Source: Camelus dromedarius (lineage: Eukaryota). Taken from it: a stretch of DNA of 64,000 nt. Positions 13,556 to 27,003 of the stretch are shown in pieces. The stretch lies in assembly GCF_036321535.1 (NCBI RefSeq), contig NC_087436.1:121088001-121152000 (forward strand), in the 5' to 3' direction. A program made the position numbers and the translations under genes. How positions within the stretch are numbered: position 1 is the stretch's first letter; every line of letters starts with the position of its first letter. The notes under the pieces were generated by a model, which saw only the letters and a list, made by a program, of their open reading frames with translations, had not been told where the DNA came from and searched no databases.

Positions 13556-14654
13556 GGCCAGCACTGAAGCAGCCATGGTGCCAGGGTCTGCATGACGCTC
13601 TATCGGTCCCTGCGTGACCAGCTCTAGGCTGAGCACAGGGGGAGTGGGCTGGGTGGTCCTGGGCAGCCAGCCAAGCCATCATCAGAGGGATTGAGATGAC
13701 CCCCAGACTAGGCCCCCCTATAAGCCCACTGTCTCCGCCTCCCCTCTGATGGCTACAGCCCCAACCTGGACCTTGGGGCTGTCCCCAGGCCCTTCTGGCC
13801 ACCCTCACATTTTATCTTTCCTATTTACTTTTATTTCCTACCGTAAAGAGTGACTCATGGTTCACGGTGACACTGAGCAGAGCCACACTTCTGTGCCGCC
13901 ATTTACAGAGCTGACTGCTTACCTGTTCCCCTGGGAAGCTGGCGGGGGCCTTGTGCCCCCACCCCCGAAGAAGAATGCTTCTCTGCATGCTCACAGCCCC
14001 TCCCATAAGTCCCTCCTTGAAGTGTCAGACTGCATGGAGCCCAGCTCCTGTCCACCCAGCCTCCTCCCTGTGCTCAGCTCGGGGCTCAGCACAAAGAAAG
14101 CTCTCAATACACGCGAATGATGCTGAGACTTCACACAGTGACGACGATGTTCCCGGGGGCAGGGGTGGCTCGGGAGGACAAGGGAGAGAGGCAGGCTCTC
14201 GGGGCAGGACTGACCACACTGGCACCCCATCCAGGTGTGTGCAGGAAGCACAAGCAGGGCGAGTTTCCTTCCCTTCAGAGTGACGATGCGAACAAAGTGA
14301 TGGGAATGTAGCAGGTGCCACTAACTGTACACCTCCCTCCCCTGCTGAGGCCAGAAAGTGACACTACAATTATTTTCCCTCCAGCGGCCCTGCCTCCATG
14401 CAGTATTCCAGAAATAGCAACAGCCCGCAGAGCTGCAGGAACCTACATGGCGAGTCGTTGCGGCTCTGCTCCCACGCACGTCACTGGTACGAAGCTTTGC
14501 CAGGAGGATGTAATTTGCACCCCAGGCTGCGGGGGTCCGAGCTGCCTGGTCACGTTGATGCTGGGGATCCAAGCACTGGCTGGCGAGTAGGAGAGGCACA
14601 TTTGGAGTCTGCACCTACCTGTCTTCCATGAAGCCCTCTGCACTCAGGGCTTGC

Positions 14655-14760
14655 TTGCTACTTCCAGCTGTGTGACCTTGGGCAAGTGTCTTTACCCGTC
14701 TGAGCCTCAATTTGCCCCTCTATAGAAGAGTGACCAAGGTTATGATGAATATTAGCAATA
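14655..14760 (+). mobile_element. MIR fragment
   Basis: agctgtgtgaccttgggcaagtg..ctgagcctcaatttgccc core. Confidence 0.75.
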
Positions 14761-14769
14761 ATATATCCA

Positions 14770-15270
14770 TTATGGCTTGGTTTGGCTGCTCATAACAGAG
14801 CAATGCCAATAAAACAGGCATAAACAAGATAGAAGCTTGTGTCTTTCATAAGTAAAAAAATCTGAAAGTGACCAATCCCGGGAGGCACCATTGCTCCACA
14901 ATGTCCTCCAGGAACCAGACTCTTTCCATCTGCTCCTCCCCATCCTCAGTGCATGGCCTCCTTCCCCGAAGTCACTTCATGTTCCAAGATGGCTGCTGGA
15001 GCTCCAGCCATCAAGACCACGGGACAGAAGGAAGAAAGTTGGAATAGTACAGGGCAAGTAAGCCTCCCCCCAGAGTCGCAGCTGCGGCAGCTACCTTTCA
15101 AGCAGCCTTCCTGGAAGTCTCACAGAGAAGATTTTTATTTCATTGGCCAAAACTGAGTCACTTGGCCACACTTAGCTGCCAGGGAGGGAGGTTTGGAGAT
15201 GTAGCCTTTTATTCTGACCCGCTACATGGCCAGCTGAAACCTAGGGTCTGTTTCCACAGAGGAAGGGGAA
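14770..15270 (-). mobile_element. Old MaLR (MLT1J/K-like) LTR
   Basis: caagatggctgctggagctccagccatca..cattggccaaaactgagtcacttggccacacttagctg. Confidence 0.65.
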
Positions 15271-15656
15271 CAGGGATGTTGGGGTGGACAGAGTTCCTGT
15301 GCAAGGAAGACCCATAACAAATAGAGCCACCGCTGTTGCTAATGTCGTCAGCATCCCCAGGGATGGCCCACAAAACCGCCTTCCCTGAAGTCACCTGCCA
15401 CACACGTCACTGCACACACCACACCACCAACATCCAGCCCAGGCTGGTCCTCGCTGCAGCCTAGAGGGGCCAGGGTGCAAAGGGGACAAAACTACACCCA
15501 GAGAGAGGGACCTAAAGGGCTGAGCTGAGAGGCATAGGTTACTCATCAGGAGGAAATCCCAGAGGGCTGCCTGGAGGGGGCAGTTTGCAGCCTCTCATTT
15601 GCCCTTCTCCCCCCTCCCTTCTCTCCTGCTCCTCTCTCATCTCTCTCCCCACCTCG

Positions 15657-15980
15657 CTGTAGAAGGATGTTTGTACCCACCAAATTCCTACCTCACCCCC
15701 AATGTGGTGGTCTATGAAGTGATCAGGCAAGAAGCATGGGGCCCCCATTAAGGGATTAGTGTCTTCATCAAATCAGGAAGAGAGGGGAGATCCCTCCCTC
15801 ACCCCCGCCCTGCCAAAGGCACCGCGAGGAGGCTGTGAGGTCTTAACCAGGACGGGGCCTCACCCGAGCCCTCCCTGCCCCCGGACTCTGCCGGCAGACC
15901 GTGGGGAGGGAACATTCGCTGCTCGGGCCCCTCTGCGGTAGTCCGCTGACGGCAGCCTCAGCCTGCCTGGGAGGAGACAC
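15657..15980 (+). mobile_element. MaLR (MLT1A/B-like) LTR, degraded
   Basis: tgtttgtacccaccaaattc..cccccaatgtggtgg..gggattagtgtcttcat; similar to 50390-50680. Confidence 0.55.
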
Positions 15981-16646
15981 ACACCGGCTCTCTCGGGAGG
16001 ACCTTGCAGGGGAGCCGGGAGCCTGTGACCCGAGGGCGGGACAGGCTCTCAGCCGAGGACTACGGCTCTCTCAGACAAGCCTGAATGTCTCCTCATGTCA
16101 GCCCTTTGGGGCCCCAACGTAGGGGCAGGCTCAGAGTTGGGGAGCTGGGCTGGAGATCTCTTTTCCGTGGCTTCTGTGTCAGGGGCTTGTCTCACGCCCA
16201 CTCCAGTTCCTTAGTTGTGTGAACTGAGTATTGAGAGAGCCCCTTTCTCACGCAGTTGTCTTTTTACTTGATTATTCAGGGACGTCCGAAGTGTCTAGTT
16301 AAACATTTTTCCCAATATTTTCTCACGAACATCATCCAGCATGCCGTAGGGCAGAAACTGTTCCGCCAATACCCACACGACCTCCCCCCGACTGTCGGCG
16401 TGTTTTAAACTCACTTTATCCCACTGCCATCCACATACCCATCCCTCTGTCTGTCCACCAGCCCACCTGGCTTCCTGCCACACGTCCAGGGAAGTGTAGC
16501 CACCAGGACCCTTGTCCTCACTAAACAATTCCGAGTGCACATCACTAACCAGAGCTCAACACTTGCTTCCACATTTAAGCAGAATTTAACGAGACAACAT
16601 CAGTGCCCCGGGCTAACATGATGGAGCGCCGTGGACTGGGCTTCTG

Positions 16647-17169
16647 CGTCTCCACGTCCAAACTCCTTCTGCTCGCCCCACAACGGGCCGATACATCGGG
16701 AGACGAGGGGTGGGGGCGAGGAATGACGACTTTATCCTGAAAGCCAGCAGACCAAGAAGGTGGGGGACTAATGTCCTAGAGAACCATCTTCCCCAAGTCA
16801 GAAATCAGGCTCCTCTGATACTAAAAAGGGCGGAAGGGCGTGAGGTGTGGTTGGCTGTTGCAAACGTCTTGGTGTCAGAACCCTTTGTTCTTGCAGCCGT
16901 CCACGTGGGTCAGGTCGTGGCACCCCTGTAAACCTCCAACAAGACGAATGTTCTCTATTCTGCAATATTTCATCTTTATAGGAATGGAAAAGTGCTCCAG
17001 CCTTAAAGGTCAGAGCCTTGAAGACGGGATCTCCTGTCTATTTCAGGCTAAAGAAAACATTCTTGTACAAAAGGTGCAGAGCTAGCAAGACTCAGCCCAG
17101 GAAACGGCACAGGGGTAAAGCCACAGCAACAGGTCTAATACGGAGTCAGATTTGTTCCTTTCTGTCACA
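16647..17169 (-). mobile_element. ERV1-class LTR, same family as 12745-13272
   Basis: Reverse complement aligns end to end by eye with 12745-13272 (tgtgacagaaaggaacaaatctgactccgtattag...). Confidence 0.85.
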
Positions 17170-18882
17170 GAGGGACACGGTGAGAGCCGCCTGGCGACGG
17201 GCGGGAAGCACCGCGGGTGTCACGGGGAGGCATTGTGGCACCCATCTTCTTGCCCCGGCCCCTCAGCCACACTGCACGCTCCACGCTCCTGCCCGCGGCC
17301 ACCCTCGCACCTCGCACCCCGTGCCTCCTGCGCCCGCGGGGCCTGGCCCGGCTCCTCTCCCTCCCATTCCTGCCCCGCGGCCGGGGATCGGGCTCCCAGA
17401 AGTGGAGCACAGCAGACCTCCGCCCACCCGGGGAGCGCCCCTCCCAGGCCTCTGGTGTCCCAACCCGTCTTCACAGCGGCGGCCAAGCGCCCCTGGCACG
17501 CGCCTCGCCTCTAGATCCAAGGTGAGTGGAGGGCAGCCACCGGCTCCCACGCAGACACCTGTTGACCTTGGACCACCGCCTGACCCTAAATCTGGGGTCT
17601 AGACCTTGGACCTCCTGCTCCACGCATGACAGCCACTGAATCGCACGGACCCCTGCCCACCTCCATGCAGCCTAACCCTGCAGAGCCAAGGGCAGCCTCA
17701 GGCCAGCGGGCACAGGCTTGTGTACCCTGGGTCACTGCAGAACCTTAAAACCACGGTCTCCTTGGATTCCAGGCTGGGGGAAGGTCAACCACTGATGCCG
17801 TCTGAGATTCCCGTGCCCCACCTGAGCCTGGGGACCCCCACACCCAACCTTACGACACTTAACTGGACTCCCCAGGAAGGGCAGGCACCGTCCCAGAGTC
17901 AGCCGCCCAGAGTCATCCAGGCACTTGTGGGCTTTCCCTCCAAGTTCTCCACCTCGGATGCCCCTCAGCCTAGGGCACCAAATTCCACGGTCTCTGCTTC
18001 TGTCAACCCTCAGGACAAAAAGGGCAACATTCACATCGGTCTGAGAGTGCCCAGGACCGCCACCCACCACCATCCAGGCCTTCCGCAGTCAAGCCCCATG
18101 CAGCCAAGGGCCGCCTGAGATGAGCAGTCTGAGGCCCATGCGCCCCCGTCTCCCTGTGGGCCCTGAAGCCAGGCTCTCTAAGGATCCCCCTGTTGCAAAC
18201 AGCAACAGCCACCCACAGTCAGACTGACCGCAGCCCCGCCTGCCCGCCCACCCTCCACCTGACGTCCCCAGCTTTTATTTGGCCCTTAGACAAGAACTGT
18301 CCTGGACCACTGGTTCAAATCCCGCGCGCCCACGGCCGTCTGCGCACCTCCACACAACCTCTCTGCTGCTGACCGCACATTTGGTGAGGGGCCGCTCCCC
18401 ACCTGCCCTCAGAAAGCCACGTGTGCTGGCCCACCTGCACTCTCTAGTCCCTTGGCTTCCGAACTAGACTCCCCACCCGGCCAAGGGAACTCCAGCCTGA
18501 GAAGAGGGCCATCTGCACATCCACGCCACAGCAGAGCCTCCCTCTGGGCACTCCAGCTTAGACTGCCCACGCCGCACAGGGCAGCCACTGACCCCCACGC
18601 CCACAGGGTGCCCCACCAAAACAAATCGGCTTACTCCGGAGAAAAAGCCACAAATGCAGAGGAATAAAGTTCCTGCTGTGCATGCCAGAGCAACTTACCC
18701 TCTGTATGGAGCCCGTCGGCCCCCAAGTGTCGGTTCCTTGCTCCAACTGCCAAGTGCTGGGGCAGCCGGGGCCACTTTGGGGAACTTTGAAGGGAAGGGC
18801 CTCAGGACAGGTGGTCCTGGCAGCTGCAAGGGCCTTACCCGAAAACTCCCCACGTGGAGCCGGCTGGCCATGAGCAGCAAGG

Positions 18883-19355
18883 CTGCTGGCTGGCTTCGCC
18901 AAAATTATTACCGAGTCCAAACTCGTCCTGCCCACTGCACAACAGGCCAATAAATGAGGAGACAAGGTGTTGGGGCAAGGAATAGCAACTTTATTCAGAA
19001 AGCCAGCAGACCAAGAGGGTGGCCAACTAATGTTTTGGAAAACCATCCTCCTCAAGTCAGAGCACAGGCTCCTTTCATACTGAAAAAGGGGAGGGGGTGT
19101 GTTTGGTTGCTGCAAACTTCTTGGTGTAGGAATTCTTTGTTCTTGAAGCTGTCCACGTGGGTCAGGTCCAAACCTCCAACAAAACAAATGTTGTCTTCTA
19201 TTCTGCAACTTACTATCTTTACATAAGGTCACAAGTATGAATATCCTTTTGCAGAAGCTGCAGGGCCCGCAGGACTAAGCCTAGAAGACGGGGCACAGGG
19301 CTAGAGCCGAAGGAGCAGCTCTAGCGCAGAGCCGGGCTTGCTCTTTTCTATTCCA
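18883..19355 (-). mobile_element. ERV1-class 5' LTR variant (18906-19355) plus tRNA-Arg primer-binding site (18883-18901)
   Basis: R/U5 homologous to the other two LTRs, different U3; followed on the - strand by TGGCGAAGCCAGCCAGCAG. Confidence 0.8.
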
Positions 19356-20167
19356 TTCCCAGGAAGGGCTCGGCCAGTGAGCAGAGCCCCAGTCTCTCCA
19401 GGTTCGGGGAGGGGTTCCCACACCCCAACCGCCTAACCGCCTCCCCCTGGGCCCTGGGCTCTGCCTTCCCTCCCAGGCTGGTTCTGACAGGTCACCGGAA
19501 GGGCACAGCCTTGGGGAGGCTGGGTCCCCACCCACCCTGAGGGGTCCCTGCTCTGCCTGGGGGCTGTGCATTCCTGTTTCTAGTCGGTCCTGGGCCCGAG
19601 CAACCCCGGCTGGGCCCGCAGTCTCGCCCAGACCCACTGCACCCGACGTACCGCTGTTGTCTGGAGGGCTTTCCACCGCGGCTGGGCGCGACTGGATCCC
19701 CATCCCCTTCGCAGAGGAGCAAACTGAGGCTCAGAAAGGTCAGGTCAGGACCTAGGTGGCACAGCCAGGATTCAGAGAGCCACCCTTCCCCCTTGTCACA
19801 AGCACCCTGCCTCAATAAGGTAATTTTCTTCCCAGTTAGGCGAGTAACACATCCTTAGAGAGCCCACTGTCGGAATCTTGCTGGACCAGCTTAGAAGGTC
19901 GCCGGAATCTGGAATGACAGATCACAGGTAAGCTCAGGTAGGCCCTGAGGTCTGGAGGTCCAGGTGGGTGGTCCCATAGTCCGGTAGGTGGCAGGGGCGG
20001 GAGGCGGGGGCTCCCCAGGCTAACGGGAAAGCACTGGAGCTGGGGGCAAGGGTCCTGGGCTTTGTTCCTGCCCCAGCCTTGTGGCCTTCATCTGAAAAAC
20101 GGGGAGAAAGAACCCTTCCTTCCTAACTGGAGGACAAAACAAGAGCATGATTTGGGAAGGTAGAATT

Positions 20168-20316
20168 TCTTTTTTTTTTTTTTTTAATCACAGTGCTGTC
20201 AGTTACAATGTGTCAGTTTCCGGCACACAGCACCATGTCCCAGTCATGCATATACACACATATATTCGTTTTCATATTCTTTTTCATTAAAGGTCATTAC
20301 AAGATATTGAATATAA
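20168..20316 (-). mobile_element. Short L1 3' end with poly(A)
   Basis: T-run then gtcagttacaatgtgtcagtttccggcacacagcac..caagatattgaatata. Confidence 0.8.
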
Positions 20317-21401
20317 GAGTTTGGGGTTGTACCAGAGGTAATCACGCATATCGGCTGCTTTGGACTTCGTTCATAAATGACTTATTGCAGAAATGAGTAA
20401 GTTTATAATATATTATCTCTTTGGATCACATCTCTGAGGAAAATTCTAAGCAGCAAAATTATCAAATTAAACAACAATTTAAACATTTTTTGGCTCATAG
20501 CATACATTGCCAATTTTCTTTTCCAAAGGCTAGTTCTAATGTTATTGCCACAAAAAGTGTTTTGGTTTCACTCCATCCTCATTAGTATTGAGTATTAATT
20601 TTCAACACTATTTTGGCAAAAGTTGAACAATATATTTTTGGAATAAATTATAAATTTCAACATTAAAAAAAGAGTTTCGAGGACTTCACAAAGGAGGACA
20701 TCAGAATGGCGGATACAGACCGAGAAGTGCTCTCACCATCAGGGCAGCATTGTTGGAGACCCGAGAGGGGTCGTCCCAGCCATGCTGCCCGTGGGCGCAC
20801 AGATGCCTGTGGCCACCTGGGGAAACAGGATTGACTTTATTAATTTAATTTTTTAAATTAAAGTATAGTCAGTTTGATTTGTCACTTGAAGCTGTGGACC
20901 TGCAGACAATAGGACCTACAATTCCACTCCTGGGCAAATGTTCCACGGAAATGCAAGCATGTGCACCTGAGAGCTTGTTGGCAGTTGCCAGGGACCAGAA
21001 ACAAGCCAGGCGGCCATCATCACCAGACCAAATGAAGGAGGGGCAGCGTGTTCCTGAGCCGTGGGCCACTCGGCCCTGAGCACACGGGAGCCAGAGCTAC
21101 TGGGAGCAGGGAGAGTTCACACATGTGGCGTTGGTGAGGGGAGAAAAGGCACCAGGAGCACATGCAGGACAAGTCCATGCGTGCAAAGTGCAAGCCAGAC
21201 GCTGCTGTTCAGGGCCACAGTCGGCGCTGTAGAGAGATGCAAGGGGACGACCGCAATAAAAACAGAAGGGCGATCACTGCCCAGGGAGGTGGGGCACCCC
21301 CACCCACCCCACCCCCCTCAGGGCCCTCAGAGCCATCCTGGGGGAGAGGCACCCCATTTAGAGACAGGACTCCAGTCTTGAATGGAAAATGCACTATTCT
21401 A

Positions 21402-21946
21402 CATGAAAGCAACCTAAATGTCCATCAACAGAGGACTGGATAAAGAAGCTGTGGTATCTTTATACAATGGAACACTACTCAGCCATAAAAAATAATAAAA
21501 TAACACCATTTGCAGTAACATAGATGCACCGGAGATCATCATTCTAAGCGAAGTAAGCCAGAAAGAGAAAGAAAAATACCATATGATATCACACATATGT
21601 GGAATCTAAAAAAAAGAAAGAAAGAAAGAAAGGAAAAAAAGAGGACACTAATGAACTCATCCACAAACAGACACAGACTCACAGACACAGTAAACAATCT
21701 TATGGTCACCGGGGAAAGGGGGTGGGAATAAATTTGGGAGTTTGAGATTTGCAAATGTTAACCACTCTATATAAAAATAGATTTTAAAAATTTCTTCTGT
21801 AAAGCACAGGGAACTATATTCAGTATCTTGTAATAACCTTTCATGAAAATGAATATATGTATGTATACACATTGTGCTGTACACCTGAAACTGACACATT
21901 GTATCTGACTATACTTCAATTAAACAAAATTTCTTTTTAAGAAAAA
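21402..21946 (+). mobile_element. 5'-truncated L1 3' UTR with ~16-bp TSD
   Basis: aacctaaatgtccatcaacagagg..atacttcaattaaa + A-rich tail; TSD aaaatgcactattcta (21386-21401) / aaagtgcactcttcta (21947-21962). Confidence 0.88.
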
Positions 21947-23511
21947 AAAGTGCACTCTTCTAATACCTGGTCTGGGATGCACGCTTAGGGAGGCCGGGTC
22001 GCTTAGTGATGAGACGGATGGTTGTCAACTCCCCCCAGGGACCGCTCAGCAGAGCGATGTGGTCTCTCCTAAGCACCTGCCTTGGAAGCCCCTCCTCCCA
22101 AGGGCAGACACTCTGGTGCATCCATTCCTGTTCCCAGCGCCTGAAGCCACCCCCATACACGGTGAGGGTCAGCAGGATTTGCTTAGTGGATGAATGAACC
22201 GCTGGCTTTATGGCAAATACCATGGAAACCGACCCTAGGAATGGAGGTGGGAAGGGAGCAGAGCGAGAGGAAGAAGAATCCTCGAGTCTCAGGTAAGATC
22301 GGCCAACACGTGTTCGAATCCTGTCTCCGCCACTTTCTCGCTGTTTGACCGTGGACCGATGTTGTCACCGCTCTCAACGGTCATTTCCCCCTCTGTAAAC
22401 GGGTGTGCAGCCCCGCCCTCACAGGACACTTCCTAGCAGGATGCCAGACACCCACCCACCCCTTGTGAGGCGCAGCGGTCTTCACTCCCTCCCTAATGAG
22501 CAGGAGGCCCAGCCATGCTGTCCCCATCAGGCGGCTGCTGAGTCCCTGGAAGCGTGTGACCTTCCAGGAGTCCCGTGCGTGTCACTCTGGTCATCAGAAA
22601 AGGGGCCGCTCACATCATCGGTGAGAAAAGCCCTCTGCCCCTGAAAGTGGCCTGCCCACCGAGACAGGAAGGACCCTGGGAACTGAGAGCTGGCCGAAGC
22701 GCTCGGGCGCCAGCGGCGGGGGACAGTGCCGCGGGCCTGGCAGGCGGCCTGGCAGGCGGCAGGGCGAGCCTGGCCCAGTGAGGGCCTGGTCCCGGAACCA
22801 GCTGAACCGCACGCTGGTGTCGCCAGGTTGAAGCTTTACAGACAGTGCCTAAGTGCGCATCTCCCTGTGGGAGGCTGGAGCGCAAAGGAGGATGAACTTA
22901 CAAAAATGGCAACTTTTAAAAATGAGTTTCCAGTGATTGCTGTTCTGTGCCAAGTTTCAGCCTGGTGGGAGTTTCATGCCAGAATTGCCAAGTAGGAGTT
23001 TAAAACGGACAAGTTAATCATCCTTGTGCAGGGCTGAGGTGCTGAGCAAGGATCCGGGTACCCAAGCCAGATGCTTCCCGGGTCTGACAGCACAGGAGGC
23101 CACAGGGAGAGCGAAGGGCACAGGAGCAGGGGGAGCAGGGGAGCAGGGGAGCAGGGGACCAGTCCCCATGTCCCCACCACAGTACACACCTGGGCAGGAG
23201 AGGCTCCAGGCCAGCCCCCAGCCCCTTGGGACCAGGATGCCAGAGTCTGCAGGAACATTAAGGGAGAGAGGGGAGCTATCTGGAGCCGAGAAAAGGAGAC
23301 TTCGAGCTGCCTTCTCTCCCCCAACACCCAACCCCCAGCCCCAGCCCCCTTGATCAGCCAGCAGATCCCACCTGAGTCTCTCCCAGGCCTGGAACTGAAG
23401 GCGGTATAAGACATCTATTCCTTTGCCCCATCATCACCAAGGGCTTTATGGCCCCTTATCTTTGCCAGCAGATTCTAAGACCAGGCTGGGAACAAGTGAA
23501 GAATTCATCAT

Positions 23512-23660
23512 GTATCCCTCCCTCCCTCCCTCCATCCATCCATTCACCCTCCCTCCTTCCATCCAGCCAGCCAGTCATCATCCATCCACCCACCCATCCA
23601 CCCACCCATCCACCCATCCATCTATTCATCCATTCATCATCCACCCATCAATCCATTCCA
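23512..23660. repeat. (CCAT)n/(CCAC)n tract at the tail of an L2-like fragment
   Basis: Direct inspection; followed by actgagcaccaactctgagccctgccctgtgctgag. Confidence 0.85.
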
Positions 23661-26600
23661 CACACCTTCACTGAGCACCAACTCTGAGCCCTGCCCTGTG
23701 CTGAGCAACAGGAGACAGAGATGCAGGAAACACAGTCACTGCTCTCAGAGAACAATGTATGCTCCAGGAGGGAAAAAGACAGAAGCACAAAACAAGGATA
23801 CAAGAGAAAGGCTGGTCTGTGGTCTATATCCTGGGGGGACAACTGGAGTTACTGGTGTGATGAAAAGAAGGCTTGAGGGAATCGACACCCCCCAAAATGT
23901 CGGGTATGCACTGTAACAGCTAGCAGGGGAGCAGTAGGACCAGGGAGGGTGATGAGCGGTAAAAAAGTAGTAAATCCCAGTGGCTGAAGGATTCTTGGCC
24001 TTGAAGGTCAGCGGCAAAGACAGGTGCTGTGACTGCTGAGTAGGTGCTTGCAGCCGTGTTCAGGGAGCAGGTAGAATTCATGTCGTGGGTCAGACAGTCA
24101 CCACGGGAGTGGGTGGCTGGGGTAGGCTGGTGGTCAAGTTCATCAAAGGTGAGCAGAACAGGGTTTTAGGTGGCTCATCCGCCAAGAAATTGAAATCACC
24201 AAAGATAGTAAGGGGAGAGTATTAGAGAGTAATGCTGTATTTGAGGGGCAGGGAGCACCCGTTTTCCGTTAGAATAAGGTCAAGGGGATGTTCAGACGAA
24301 AGCTTTAAGGCATGAGGGTGTCGTGGCTCAAGAGGGCACAGTGGGAAGGTTTGGGGAGTCAGGGGACCAAGGAGAAGGGTCCGAGAAAGGCTGTGCAGAG
24401 CTGTGCGGATGAGGCTGGCCTGGAGACTTGGACCTGACATACAGAAGAAGAAGCAGAGTGAGATGAGTCCTGGGGCCCCGGTGGCAGGTGCTGGGAAGCA
24501 CCTAGGGGCAGGGTTTTGCCCACTTATTCCTGTGAGAGGCGGGCAACCGGCTGAGACGGGCCTCCTGCAGGGACCCTCCTGGGTCCCAGAGGAAGCTGGG
24601 GTTTTACTCACGATGTGGAGCCCCACTTGTCTCCAGGTGAGGGTAGTGGATACACTTGCTGCCCACCCAGACTCCTCCAGCATCGGAGCACAGCCTCCCC
24701 ATCACTGCTCACAATGGCCCCCTCTCTGGGGAACTGCCAGTCCAGGAGGTCACGCCCTCCTCAGCCCTCAGCCAATCACTGATTATTGGGGGGAAGAGAA
24801 TGGCCCTCCTCGGGTGGTCCAGACTGTGGGGTTCTGGTCCTGCTCCAGCTCCCATGGGTCAGGCTCGAGCCAGTGTCTGGCTGAGACCCCAGTCTCCTTA
24901 GCTTCCCTCCCCGGCTCTCTCCCATCATGCCCCCTTCTCCACCCATCATGGGGGAGACACCACCTTTGGGACCCAGGAGAGGCTCTGCCCTGGGGAATCT
25001 GACCTGTGCAGAGAGGCTGGCCAGGGTCAGGCAAAAGGAGCTGTCGTCCACTGAGTTGAGGCTTGCTCGTCCCGTGCGTGGCCCAGCCCCCAGGTGGCCT
25101 TGCTCCGGCCCCTGATGGCACTCTCCACACTGAAGCTCTTCGCCCTCCAGTTGGCAGCACGATTCCCCGAGGTTCCTGGACGCTTGTACTTCAGCGTCCT
25201 CTGGAAGCATCTTCTCTCGCGCCGTGCTCTACTGTCCGAGCATTCCACCAGTTTCTCTCTCTGCCCTCTTTCCCTGAGTGACCTCCATCTCTCTGCCTCT
25301 TCCATGCTCGCCCCGCCTTCTGAGTGCCCAGTGCCAGGTCCATCTGGCTGAATGCCCTCTGGGGAGCCCTGCAGACATCCTGCAGAGGCTCGCACTTAAG
25401 ATGTTCAAAACTAGACACACCATCGTGTCTCCCCCCTCCCCCAAACTTATCCTCCCCTCGGGGTTCTCTGGCTTTGGAAACAGCCCCTCCCTCCATCTGG
25501 TCTCCCGAAGGAGAAACCTGGGAGTCGACCTACGCTTCGGGCACCAAACCTGAAGTGTCCCGTGGCCTCTCCCACCCCAACAGCCACAGTCAGCAGGTCC
25601 TTAAACACTCCCTCGCCTGAACCCATCCCGAATGTTGTGCCCCGCAAGACGAGCACTTTGCTCTGCTCAGAGAGGCGCCCAGCAAAGGCAGCTTCCCTTT
25701 GCGCAGCGGGCACTGGATTCAGCTGGAGTGCCCCCAACTTCTGCAATGCCAAGAGCCGTGCCGTCCACCCTCGTGACGGTCACAGGCTCCCCGGCGCCAC
25801 ATCTGCCGACACAGCTTCGTCCTCTTTGCAGGCAGGCACAGCGAGTGCCCAGGATGCCCAGGCCAGGCACAGCAAGGGCCATGGGGGGCACTGACCTGAA
25901 CTGAGAAAAAGGAAGTTGGCAGTTGCTGAAAACCAGTGTCCGACCTGGGGGTTAAGCTGAGGGGTAGGGACGGCCTCCCCCGGAGCACCTGCTCTGTGCC
26001 AGGCCCCACGCTGAGTGCACTCACTCGCCCAGAGGAAAACTTCTTACTGTGACACGCAATGCACATGAGGAGTGGGTAAGACGTGCGCCCAACTGGCAGG
26101 ATGATGGCAAGACGCACCCTGTGCCCCCCACCCCAGGTTGAGAAGTCCAACCCGACCAGCAGTCTCTGGGGCCTCCTCCATCACGTCCTCCCCCTCCCCG
26201 GGCCCGGAAAACCGCTCTTTTAGTCACCCCCTTGTCTTTCATCACGGGTGGCCAACTATGTGTGTCCCCCTACAGCAGACTGTGGGCAGCGCACGCCAGC
26301 GTGGCCAGGTGAGCGGAAGGTGGGGTGGCATCGCAAGGTGAAGGCTCCTGAGAGGACTTTGATTCCAGTCTCTGAGCCCCTTCTGTCAAGCTCCTTATGC
26401 CAAGAAAGACACGCCTGGGTCTCTTTCTTTTGAGACCCCTATACCTGCCTGCACTCCCTCCCGGGCACACTCTGCATGCTCAGAGGTCTTTCAGGTCATC
26501 CTTACCAGGTAGGCTTACCCTACCCCTTCTTGAAGCCCCAAAGAACGTAGTTGGTGCCTCTACCCGACCCTATAAGCTACTTGAGGGCAGCAATCTGCTT

Positions 26601-27003
26601 CTCTGTTCTCTTTCCCCGTGTCCCGCTCTACCCCAGGGCACTGCCCAGCTCACTGGCCCAGGCCCCATCAGTCAGCTATATCCATTTGTGCTCAGTTGAC
26701 TAAAATATAGCAGGCGAGAAGAAACGAAACAGGTACACAAATATCTCTAATGCAGAACAAGTGCAGGGAAGATAAGAGTTCGGGACGCAGATCAAAGAGG
26801 GTGTTGGGGTGCAGGCACTAGCTGGGTCACGGGGGGAGAAGCTTCAGAGGGGATGGAGTGAAAAGGCCCAGGACACCTGGGACTCCCGGGCCTTGCTCGC
26901 TATTCTTCCTGACACATGAAGGAGGTGCCAAGACTCTGGACAGCAGTGACATTTATGCTGGGGTGCCAACCAGAGGCCACCTCCCTGAGTTCACAATGAC
27001 AAG

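Noticed and set aside
16647..19355. Complete provirus bounded by the two - strand LTRs
   Set aside because: U3 regions differ, no polypurine tract precedes the 17169 LTR end (it is pyrimidine-rich on that strand), no matching TSD, no gag/pol/env
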